This document shows positions 8,101 to 14,812 of a stretch of 64,000 nt of DNA, piece after piece. The translations under genes were made by a program, and so were the position numbers. The DNA comes from a virus: the IMG/VR virus record IMGVR_UViG_3300010352_001575, positions 1-64,000 of that record; one strand, given 5' to 3'. The notes beneath the pieces were generated by a model. It saw nothing but the letters and a program-made list of their open reading frames with translations. It did no database searches and was not told where the DNA came from. Positions within the stretch are counted from its first letter, which is position 1, and every line of letters starts with the position of its first letter.

Positions 8101-8191
8101 TGGCGGAAGGCTGAGATCTCGATTCCCACGCCCCTAAAGAGGCGCCCTTGGCTTAGCAAGCCAGGCTAGTCGCCCGACTAGTTAACCTTCC
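8101..8191 (-). tRNA. tRNA-Ser(GCU)
   Basis: long variable arm, loop TTGCTAA, CCA. Confidence 0.85.
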
Positions 8192-8199
8192 AAAATTGA

Positions 8200-8283
8200 T
8201 TAGGAGAGGAAATTGCAAAGAGGGAGACCTTGTTGGTCAGCGTTTAGGGCTGAATGAAGTACCTCTATGCTTGCTGCTCCTAA
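8200..8283 (-). ncRNA. Y RNA-like (short)
   Basis: closing stem, CAGCAA-9 nt-TACTTCA motif shared with neighbours, next to Ro60. Confidence 0.7.
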
Positions 8284-8288
8284 ATTAA

Positions 8289-8406
8289 TCCAGGGAGATA
8301 TTAGAGTGTGTTCCGGGTTTGAACCGGTGATTCCCTGTACTTGGCATACACCAAGTACTCGGTGGGAATTTTCATCCATGAAGTAACATACTCATCGCTG
8401 CCCTGA
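8289..8406 (-). ncRNA. Y RNA-like with T-loop hairpin
   Basis: CAGCGA-9 nt-TACTTCA, CCGG-TTCAAAC-CCGG hairpin. Confidence 0.7.
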
Positions 8407-8412
8407 AATTGA

Positions 8413-8477
8413 TCCGGGAAGAAAAATAGTATGAGGTTTTTTCTCTATATGAAGTAGCTCATACCTTACTGTCCCGA
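8413..8477 (-). ncRNA. Y RNA-like (minimal)
   Basis: CAGTAA-9 nt-TACTTCA, two stems only. Confidence 0.65.
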
Positions 8478-8491
8478 AATTGTCAAATTGA

Positions 8492-8626
8492 TTCCAGAGA
8501 GATATAGCGAAGAGTCTTTTATGCTGGCGTTCTACTTTTGAACTACCGCCGGATAGTCCAGCAGGTTGGGTTTGAACCAACATCTCCAGCTCCATGTGAA
8601 GTATCTCTTCTGTCACTACTCTGGAA
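8492..8626 (-). ncRNA. yrlA: YrlA-like Y RNA
   Basis: TAGTGA-9 nt-TACTTCA, then T-arm (GGTTCAAA), looped acceptor-like stem and D-arm (TAGTTCAAAAGTAGAAC): permuted tRNA domain. Confidence 0.8.
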
Positions 8627-8631
8627 ATTGA

Positions 8632-8762
8632 TTAGGCAAGAAAATGAACAGAGTGTTTTCGCGCTTTACCCGTTAAGCTACCAACCCACAAGGGGCTGGC
8701 CGGGATTCGAACCCGGATCTCGTTCATTATCAGTGAAGTAACCCTATTCTCACTATGCCTAA
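8632..8762 (-). ncRNA. yrlA: YrlA-like Y RNA
   Basis: TAGTGA-9 nt-TACTTCA, T-arm CCGGGTTCGAATCCCGG, then D-arm TAGCTTAACGGGTAAAGC. Confidence 0.85.
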
Positions 8763-8767
8763 ATTGA

Positions 8768-8899
8768 TTGCGCAAGGCTGGGCTTGATTCCAGCTGCTAG
8801 GCTATGTAGCAGACATTCACCTAGTCTATGTAAACGAAGTTCGGAGTTCTGCACATCCTAATATTCGCCAGAGCAGGTCCTTCCCTGCCGCTTGCGCAA
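8768..8899 (-). ncRNA. tRNA-like RNA with large central insertion
   Basis: TTGCGCAAG/CTTGCGCAA stem, D-like GCAGG-GAAGGA-CCTGC, T-like GCTGG..CCAGC. Confidence 0.55.
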
Positions 8900-8904
8900 A
8901 TTTG

Positions 8905-8974
8905 TTGTGTGGGTGGCCATTCGATGCCCTCCGCGGAACTCTGTCCGCCAAGTGTTTATTCACCCGTCACACAA
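8905..8974 (-). ncRNA. degenerate tRNA-like RNA
   Basis: TTGTGTG/CACACAA stem, GTGAATAAACAC hairpin, GCGGA/TCCGC hairpin with 6-nt loop, no CCA. Confidence 0.5.
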
Positions 8975-9000
8975 ATTTTCAAAGACCTGACTATATCTTA

Positions 9001-10461
9001 CTACTTTTTCCCATACTTGTCAAACGATATTTCTGACATCTTTTTAACAATGGCAGCCTTATCATCTTCCAGTATCGGCATCAGGTCCAATATCTTCTCA
9101 CTGAAGCCGGCCAGTGTCAGCACTTTGTTCTCAGGGAACATAAGGCTACCATAGCCGGCTAGGTCGAAGCTGTACAGAGTCGGATCGCATTTGTTAGCCG
9201 CCTTGTAGCTCTTGAAAGCCCGAGGCAAGTCAGCATTCTCAACCCAGCCCTGCATGTCGGATAGAATTATGATCCTATCGTACGCGCCGCGGATCTTCCT
9301 AAAGATGCTAGGGAAGTTAGTGCCGCCGCTGATGAACGGAATGTTGTTAGCGATGGTGGTAACGCTATCCCGAGTGTTCAGGGTAACATACTTCGCATCA
9401 TCAGAAAACAACATCAGGTCTGCTTTGTTCGTCTTGCACAGCACAGCAGCGAACAAGCTACCAATCTGCGCAGGGCGCCCTTCCATGCTGCCAGAGCTGT
9501 CTAGCACCACTAAGGTAGTTCCTTTAAGCTTAGGAACGTTGTTTAGTGATATCTCCGTAGCCTCGTCAAGCGCCACGCGGACTTTGTTAGCAACGCGAGC
9601 CTCGACAGACTCCAATGCCTCCATCGCGGTCGTGAACCGGAACGGGAGCACCAGTGATTTCTTGATAACCTTCTCGTCGGTGATAAGCTCCAGCACATCG
9701 TCCAACGCCTCAGGCGCTTGTTCTGATATGTTTCTCAGGTTCCTAAGAGCCGCGAAGTAAGGCAAGTCCCCACCCTTAATCAGCTTCTTCCAAGCCTTTT
9801 CCTTCAGCTTGGCAACTTCCTCGGGATTCTTGCCCTTCTGTCCGGCTTTGGTGAGCAGCACTTCCCAGGTATCTTTGCTAGCCAGAGTACCCTTCACTAG
9901 TTCCTTTATGGCCTTCTTGTTCTCGGCCGTAGGAACCGGGTGAGTCAAGTTCGCAATATCAACGAGCTTTACCTCTTTGCTCTCCCCGCGATACTTTGCC
10001 AGAGAGTACTCGTTGAACTTAGTGAACGCTGCAGCGATGCCTTTCTTCATCGCGTTAGGAAGCGGCTCATCCTTATAGGTGTTAAAGTAATAGGCTACCA
10101 TCTCCGTCATATCGTCCGGCCGGCGAACGACAGCGGTAATAGCATCCTTGACCCAGGAGGCCCCAACTCCGCGCATAGCCCTAGCCACTTCGGCCATAGC
10201 GACGTGAGTGATAGACCGCATACCCAGCTCCTGCCTGGCGTAGACTGCGGCCTTGGCGGCAAAGAGAGGATCTTGTTTTACTAAGGTCCTCAAACGCTCT
10301 ATCGTCGCATCTCCTGAGCGGTAAAACTGATCTGTGGTGAACGAGCAGGCCAAGATGCTGAATACTTCCATCTTCTCGGATTCCGAGAAAGCCGCTCCAC
10401 CCGCTAGATTTACTGTGTTCGGGACGTTCTTCACTTTCGTTGCAACATTGAATCGCGCCAT
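9001..10461 (-). CDS. Ro60/TROVE-domain RNA-binding protein (Rsr-like) with vWA domain
   Basis: NLAGGAAF, FAAKAAVYARQELGMRS, RRPDDM, YSLAKY, ALRNLRNI, LPFRF, DSSGSM (MIDAS), GGT and IIILSD motifs; GGAGA RBS before ATG 10461. Confidence 0.93.
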   Translation of the reverse strand: MARFNVATKVKNVPNTVNLAGGAAFSESEKMEVFSILACSFTTDQFYRSGDATIERLRTLVKQDPLFAAKAAVYARQELGMRSITHVAMAEVARAMRGVGASWVKDAITAVVRRPDDMTEMVAYYFNTYKDEPLPNAMKKGIAAAFTKFNEYSLAKYRGESKEVKLVDIANLTHPVPTAENKKAIKELVKGTLASKDTWEVLLTKAGQKGKNPEEVAKLKEKAWKKLIKGGDLPYFAALRNLRNISEQAPEALDDVLELITDEKVIKKSLVLPFRFTTAMEALESVEARVANKVRVALDEATEISLNNVPKLKGTTLVVLDSSGSMEGRPAQIGSLFAAVLCKTNKADLMLFSDDAKYVTLNTRDSVTTIANNIPFISGGTNFPSIFRKIRGAYDRIIILSDMQGWVENADLPRAFKSYKAANKCDPTLYSFDLAGYGSLMFPENKVLTLAGFSEKILDLMPILEDDKAAIVKKMSEISFDKYGKK

Positions 10462-10518
10462 AGTATCTCCTTTTGTTTGTTTTGTTTTTGTACGGTATCG
10501 TACAAGTACTTGTGTACA

Positions 10519-10547
10519 ATCATACAAATTTTTGCTACTTGAGTCAA
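10519..10547 (-). promoter_or_regulatory. sigma70-like promoter of the Ro60/Y RNA unit
   Basis: TTGACT-17 nt-TATGAT. Confidence 0.75.
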
Positions 10548-10548
10548 A

Positions 10549-10626
10549 TGGTTCGTGGGCTAGGGGTCGAACCTAGAAGTCTTCACGGTCAGAGCGTGAC
10601 ATGTTACCAGTTACACCACCCACGAA
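10549..10626 (-). tRNA. tRNA-Gln(CUG)
   Basis: loop CTCTGAC, CCA. Confidence 0.9.
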
Positions 10627-10701
10627 TGTGCGCAACTATAGTGTATTACTATAGTTTTTGGTATAGTTATACACATAAGTTGACGATGTAAAGCACTAAA
10701 A

Positions 10702-10788
10702 TGGTGCTCAGGACAGGACTTGCACCTGCACGGCCAGTTAAGACCATACGCTCCTAAGGCGTACGTGTATACATTCCACCACCTGAGC
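10702..10788 (-). tRNA. tRNA-Leu(UAG)
   Basis: class II, loop CTTAGGA, CCA. Confidence 0.9.
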
Positions 10789-10841
10789 AATCTTATACAA
10801 TCTTATACAGCCAATTACCAAGATACTGGTAATTACTAGAA

Positions 10842-10927
10842 TGGTACCTGGGGCCGGACTTGAACCGGCACGGTCTTACGACCAGCGTGGCTTAAGCACG
10901 CTGCGGCTCCCATTACGCCACCCAGGC
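10842..10927 (-). tRNA. tRNA-Leu(UAA)
   Basis: class II, loop CTTAAGC, CCA. Confidence 0.9.
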
Positions 10928-10930
10928 AAA

Positions 10931-11437
10931 CTATACGAGCGTATCTCTACGTTTGTACTTGATTGGAAGTATGTTAACTATTTTTAATTTTTCTCGTTTT
11001 CTGTTTTGTAATTCTGCCCCATATACGCCAGAACAGTGCTTGCTACAAAATGGACCCGCTTTATTTCTTTTCCGTTCACTTAGCGCTCTAGACAGGCGTG
11101 TATGCGCAAGAACGAACTCACCAAAACATATGGGGCAGGAAAATTTCATAGCCCTGTTTCGCCAAGTATCATTCGCTGCGTGCTCTTTATGGCTTAGCAC
11201 TCTTAGATTGTGGAGGTCGTTGTTTTGGACATTGCCATCAATATGGTCTACTGTTTCGTCGTTTGTTAGGTATCTGCCTAGCTGTTGCTCCATCAAAAAC
11301 TTTGGGTAGGAAACTGTTGTGTGTTTTCCGTCTGGCTTTCTAAGTGTTATGAAAGTTCTATTATCTGTCTTTCTGGTGTACGGTCCGCAAAAAGGATAGC
11401 CTTTGTATATCTGTTTTTCTTTGTTTAATTCAGTCAT
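10931..11437 (-). CDS. HNH homing endonuclease
   Basis: ETVDHIDGNVQNNDLHNLRVLS HNH motif; C-terminal CPIC..FCSKHC zinc finger. Confidence 0.88.
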   Translation of the reverse strand: MTELNKEKQIYKGYPFCGPYTRKTDNRTFITLRKPDGKHTTVSYPKFLMEQQLGRYLTNDETVDHIDGNVQNNDLHNLRVLSHKEHAANDTWRNRAMKFSCPICFGEFVLAHTRLSRALSERKRNKAGPFCSKHCSGVYGAELQNRKREKLKIVNILPIKYKRRDTLV

Positions 11438-11444
11438 ATCAGCT

Positions 11445-11473
11445 ATTCTACAAACTTTTCACGGCTAAGTCAA
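11445..11473 (-). promoter_or_regulatory. sigma70-like promoter (leaderless HNH mRNA)
   Basis: TTGACT-17 nt-TAGAAT; ATG 7 nt downstream. Confidence 0.75.
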
Positions 11474-11485
11474 GCAATACTACTA

Positions 11486-11512
11486 ACGTCTACCAATTCC
11501 TAACACCTGGCC
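11486..11512 (-). pseudogene. 5' fragment of a tRNA-Leu
   Basis: GGCCAGGTGTTAGGAATTGGTAGACG resembles a Leu acceptor strand plus D-loop, then breaks off. Confidence 0.55.
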
Positions 11513-11515
11513 AGT

Positions 11516-11704
11516 TTAATTCTCAGGAGGAGGCCATGTAGGCCGGTCTCCAAACACGTATGCGGTTGCGTAGCACACGCAGAGCACGATCAGTGCCGCA
11601 AGCAGCAGCGCCTGCCGGTGCGTAAGGTCTGGGAGCTTGCCGAGAAATGGGAACGCGGCCAGCAGCAGGACCAGAAGGGAACTCAGTATTATTTTGTCTC
11701 GCAT
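11516..11704 (-). CDS. small two-helix membrane protein
   Basis: two hydrophobic segments. Confidence 0.55.
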   Translation of the reverse strand: MRDKIILSSLLVLLLAAFPFLGKLPDLTHRQALLLAALIVLCVCYATAYVFGDRPTWPPPEN

Positions 11705-11707
11705 ATG

Positions 11708-11783
11708 TGGCGCGCCTAGCAGGACTCGAACCTGCATAAAGCCAGTTTAGGAAACTGGTGCCCATCCTCTGGACCATAGGCGC
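11708..11783 (-). tRNA. tRNA-Arg(CCU)
   Basis: loop TTCCTAA, CCA. Confidence 0.9.
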
Positions 11784-11790
11784 TAGAGTC

Positions 11791-11864
11791 TGCACCGTGT
11801 TGGACTCGAACCAACGACCTTCCCGTTATGAGCGGGGCGCTCTGCGCTACTGAGCTAACGGTGC
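11791..11864 (-). tRNA. tRNA with CAU anticodon (Met or Ile2)
   Basis: loop CTCATAA, canonical T-arm, CCA not encoded. Confidence 0.85.
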
Positions 11865-11869
11865 GTAAA

Positions 11870-11943
11870 TGGTGCGTCCTGAGAGATTCGCACTCTCACA
11901 GCTCGGGTAAGGGCCGAGTATGCAACTATAACATTTAGGACGC
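11870..11943 (-). tRNA. tRNA-Lys(CUU)
   Basis: loop CCCTTAC (C33), CCA. Confidence 0.8.
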
Positions 11944-11948
11944 TTAAA

Positions 11949-12023
11949 TGGTGCCGGCTGCGGGAGTCTAACCCGCTCAGTCCCTTTAAAAGAGGGATAT
12001 GCAAACGTTGACATTTAACCGGC
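11949..12023 (-). tRNA. tRNA-Lys(UUU)
   Basis: loop CTTTTAA, CCA. Confidence 0.8.
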
Positions 12024-12031
12024 GTAAAATT

Positions 12032-12103
12032 AGCGGCAAACCGGTAACGCTCCGGTTCCTACGCGTTGGAAGCGCGTCGTGCGTCTATGAACACCTTTGC
12101 CGC
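12032..12103 (-). tRNA. tRNA-Gly(UCC)
   Basis: loop CTTCCAA, U73. Confidence 0.8.
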
Positions 12104-12146
12104 GTCTGTCACAAAAAGGTATCACAGTTTGTGACACCTCGTACTC

Positions 12147-12419
12147 TTAAATTTTCCTTAACTGTTCGTCTATGGCGGCGATATGCTTCTTGTGGTAGGC
12201 TACGCTATCCTCAGCCATCTTCTTAAGCACCGGGCACGCGTGCCAGCGCTCGGCGTGGCTCTCTTCGTGCTTCAGCCGCTTCACTTCCGCTGCCCGTCTT
12301 TGCAGCAGGTGACGCCGCGTAACGGCGTGAACGGCCGGCTTGGCTCCTACTGCGCGCTCTCGCGCGTTAGGCGCCGTGTGCGCGTTCTGCAACTGTTCTT
12401 TTCGTTTTTCTATGGCCAT
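12147..12419 (-). CDS. basic helical hypothetical protein
   Basis: 90-aa ORF, AAGGAG RBS. Confidence 0.6.
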   Translation of the reverse strand: MAIEKRKEQLQNAHTAPNARERAVGAKPAVHAVTRRHLLQRRAAEVKRLKHEESHAERWHACPVLKKMAEDSVAYHKKHIAAIDEQLRKI

Positions 12420-12433
12420 GCACGCTCCTTAAA

Positions 12434-12508
12434 TGGAGCCCCCACCAGGAGTCTCACCCGGACCTCTCGCTCCGAAGGCGAGCGCGATATATGTTTCACT
12501 ATGGAGGC
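12434..12508 (-). tRNA. tRNA-Arg(UCG)
   Basis: loop CTTCGGA, CCA. Confidence 0.8.
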
Positions 12509-12511
12509 AAA

Positions 12512-12593
12512 TGGCGCCCCAGACAGGACTCGAACCTGCATATCCTTTCGGCCTGCTTAGAAGGCAGGTGCCTATCCGTTAGGCTACTGGGGC
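12512..12593 (-). tRNA. tRNA-Arg(UCU), enlarged variable region
   Basis: loop CTTCTAA, extra CC-GAAA-GG hairpin in the variable loop, CCA. Confidence 0.85.
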
Positions 12594-12596
12594 AAA

Positions 12597-12670
12597 TGGT
12601 GGCCCGCCTAGGTAATGCTCCCAGGTCCCCCGGGTGTAGACCGGGTGCTCTACTTTTAAGCTAGCGAGCC
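12597..12670 (-). tRNA. tRNA-Val(UAC)
   Basis: loop TCTACAC (C33), CCA. Confidence 0.8.
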
Positions 12671-12675
12671 GTAAA

Positions 12676-12749
12676 TGGTGCCTCATCGAGGTAACGCTCC
12701 TCGTCGTCTACGTTGTCGACGTAGTGCTCTGCTTTTAAGCTAATGAGGC
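12676..12749 (-). tRNA. tRNA-Val(GAC)
   Basis: loop TCGACAA (C33), CCA. Confidence 0.8.
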
Positions 12750-12754
12750 GTAAA

Positions 12755-12829
12755 TGGTGCCTGCTCCAAGAGTCGCACTTGGTTTCCCGGCTCTTCAGAC
12801 CGGCACACTGACTGCAGTGTTAAACAGGC
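12755..12829 (-). tRNA. tRNA-Phe(GAA)
   Basis: loop CTGAAGA, CCA. Confidence 0.85.
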
Positions 12830-12838
12830 ATAAAACAA

Positions 12839-12909
12839 TGCACGTAGGGGGAGTTGAACCACCGTTGGTCGGTTATCAACCGACTCTTCTACCATTGAAG
12901 TATACGTGC
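12839..12909 (-). tRNA. tRNA-Ile(GAU)
   Basis: loop TTGATAA, A73. Confidence 0.85.
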
Positions 12910-12913
12910 GAAA

Positions 12914-12987
12914 TGGTCGGGGTAAGAGGTATCGCGCCTCTGTCTCGCGGTCCCAGGCCGCGCACTCTACTATTGAGCTATACCCCG
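12914..12987 (-). tRNA. tRNA-Pro(UGG)
   Basis: C1-G72, loop CCTGGGA (C33), CCA. Confidence 0.8.
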
Positions 12988-12990
12988 AAA

Positions 12991-13067
12991 TGGCGGGCCA
13001 CCTAGGGCTTGAACCTAGAGTATGCTGGTTTTGGAGACCAGTGGTGTGCCAATTCACCGAGTGACCC
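12991..13067 (-). tRNA. tRNA-Trp(CCA)
   Basis: loop CTCCAAA, G73, CCA. Confidence 0.9.
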
Positions 13068-13112
13068 GTATGTATATCCATATACTGCTACCCTTATCTA
13101 TATATAGATAAA

Positions 13113-13201
13113 TGGTGCCGGCTGTAGGGATCGAACCTACCGGTATGCGCGAGGCAGGGGTGGTTTACAGCCACCTGGACCTCCATTGGTCCGTAGCCGG
13201 C
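13113..13201 (-). tRNA. tRNA-Tyr(GUA)
   Basis: loop CTGTAAA, long variable region, CCA. Confidence 0.85.
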
Positions 13202-13203
13202 TT

Positions 13204-13243
13204 AAAAAGAGCAGGGAGCCCGGGTTTGTCCCGGTTACCCTGC
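13204..13243 (-). terminator. terminator-like hairpin inside the tRNA island
   Basis: GCAGGG..CCCTGC hairpin followed by TCTTTTT. Confidence 0.5.
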
Positions 13244-13248
13244 ATAAA

Positions 13249-13322
13249 TGGTCAGTGTGGGTGGTGCTGCCCCACCGTCTCACGGTTCCGGACCGGGCAC
13301 TCTGCTGTTGAGCTACACACTG
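13249..13322 (-). tRNA. tRNA-Pro(CGG)
   Basis: C1-G72, loop TCCGGAA (C33), CCA. Confidence 0.75.
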
Positions 13323-13325
13323 AAA

Positions 13326-13401
13326 TGGCGCGCTCTGCTGGACGGGCGCCCAGCTCTTCCGAGGTCTTGGTTACTCGGCGTGCCCCATACACTATCGGCG
13401 C
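13326..13401 (-). pseudogene. aberrant tRNA-like element with 10-nt anticodon loop
   Basis: CCA end, D- and T-like arms, CCGAG-TAACCAAGAC-CTCGG; acceptor stem only partly paired. Confidence 0.6.
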
Positions 13402-13441
13402 GTTGTACGCAGTTTCGCCTGCGTGTGCGTATAACTAAAAA

Positions 13442-13527
13442 TGGTGCTCAGGGAGAGAATCGCACTCTCACGATCTTTCGACCACACGGTTCTGAGCCGT
13501 GCGCGGCTGCTGTTACGCCACCTGAGC
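13442..13527 (-). tRNA. tRNA-Leu(CAG)
   Basis: class II, loop CTCAGAA, CCA. Confidence 0.9.
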
Positions 13528-13531
13528 ATGA

Positions 13532-13608
13532 CCTTCCTAACTATCTTGAACACTGGGGCGTTGCACCGACCCTCGCGAAAAGCCCAGGGGCTTTTGTCAT
13601 TAGGAAGG
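13532..13608 (-). ncRNA. unclassified small structured RNA
   Basis: CCTTCCTAA/TTAGGAAGG closing stem, AAAAGCC/GGCTTTT hairpin. Confidence 0.4.
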
Positions 13609-13638
13609 AACGTTTAACTGCAGTACCTGCCTACTATC

Positions 13639-13712
13639 TGGTCTAGGCGACCCGAATTGCACGGATATTAACCGACCCCCAGCCGGTTGTTCTGCTATTG
13701 AACTACGCCTAG
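13639..13712 (-). tRNA. tRNA-Pro(GGG)
   Basis: loop CTGGGGG, CCA. Confidence 0.8.
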
Positions 13713-13717
13713 AAATC

Positions 13718-13788
13718 AGCGGAGGAGGCGAATTGAACGCCCATCTGATGCTTGGCAAGCACCTGTTCTGCCATTTAACTACCCCCGC
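13718..13788 (-). tRNA. tRNA-Gly(GCC)
   Basis: loop TTGCCAA, U73. Confidence 0.9.
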
Positions 13789-13864
13789 AATTACTAATTT
13801 AGTATTAATTAGTATTTGTTAGTAACATGTATCAATTTGTCATAAATTAACACAAGTTAACAAA

Positions 13865-13939
13865 TGGTGGACGCGGAGGAAGTTGCATCCTCACTAACTG
13901 ATTGCAGGTCAGTTGTGCTCCTTTTGACACTACGCGCCC
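13865..13939 (-). tRNA. tRNA-Ala(UGC)
   Basis: G3-U70, loop CCTGCAA (C33), CCA. Confidence 0.85.
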
Positions 13940-13949
13940 ATAAATCAAA

Positions 13950-14020
13950 CGCCCGCACGGCGAATTGCACGCCGACTTCCACCTTGAAAGGGTGACGATC
14001 TGCTCTTAATCTATGCGGGC
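13950..14020 (-). tRNA. tRNA-Glu(UUC)
   Basis: loop CTTTCAA. Confidence 0.85.
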
Positions 14021-14026
14021 TTAAAG

Positions 14027-14101
14027 TGGCGGTGCTAAGGGGAAATTGAACCCCTACCTTCCCTTGGACAGAGGGATATGCTACCACTACACCATAGCAC
14101 C
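14027..14101 (-). tRNA. tRNA-Asp(GUC)
   Basis: loop CTGTCCA, G73, CCA. Confidence 0.9.
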
Positions 14102-14331
14102 AAATTGGTACAACAAAAAAGAAGACACTACGGACTAGCGGCCGAAAAGACCCATGCCTAGATCGGCGGCTTTGGCGGTTGGACGGACTGCAGCTGTAAG
14201 CTGCGTCCCTTGCCAGGCGGTTGAACAGCTAATTAAGGAGGCCGATATCTGTCCGCCCAAGCGATTAGCGGGTATATGTCTATACTTATTATCAGTGGTT
14301 GTTACCATAACGGCCTCCTATTTTAAAAGTA

Positions 14332-14400
14332 TCCAGGGAGATAAATTGCTAGAGTGTATTTTTCTGTATGATAGAAGTAACTCTAACGTCGCTGCCCCGA
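14332..14400 (-). ncRNA. Y RNA-like (minimal, detached copy)
   Basis: CAGCGA-9 nt-TACTTCT and ATCT-CCCTGGA 3' end as in the 8289-8406 copy. Confidence 0.65.
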
Positions 14401-14401
14401 A

Positions 14402-14804
14402 AGGGAACCCCGAGCATCGAAGCATCGGGAAGCCCGGCGTAGTCAGTCACCAAACCTTGCGGTATCAGCTTCCTATATCGCCAATGGCACAGGTCCCCGA
14501 AAGGACCCGGAAACTCCTCCCACATAAGTGGGTGAGCTAGAACCGGCCCAGGAATGCCCTCGGCAGTCAGTTAACTGCCTGACTAGTCCGGCTCCGTTAC
14601 TGTTTCCGCGTGAGCGGATCAGCTGTACAGCTACTTTCTGCAGAAAAAGCTGGGGCCGATATCAGCCCCGCGGCGCAGGATCGAAACCCTGCGGGTGGTG
14701 TGGTGTCACATTAACCTCACTCAGGCCCTGCTAGGACCGTCTGAGGAGGGGTAAAACGACCTGCCCAAAATGCGCATAGCAATGGCCAGAGGCGTGGCAG
14801 GTAC
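14402..14804 (-). ncRNA. ~400-nt hairpin-dense structured RNA region
   Basis: more than 10 consecutive GC-rich hairpins with UUCG/GCAA loops and G-U pairs favouring the minus strand; no credible ORF. Confidence 0.5.
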
Positions 14805-14812
14805 TTAAAATT

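Noticed and set aside
10462-10527. N-terminal extension of Ro60 in the ORF track
   Set aside because: Overlaps the promoter; the RBS supports ATG 10461.
13789-13862. AT-rich spacer as origin or promoter
   Set aside because: No iterons or clear -35/-10 pair; similar short AT spacers occur at 10630-10700 and 13070-13110.
14402-14804. RNase P RNA, SRP RNA or group I intron
   Set aside because: Conserved core motifs for these were not recognisable by eye.
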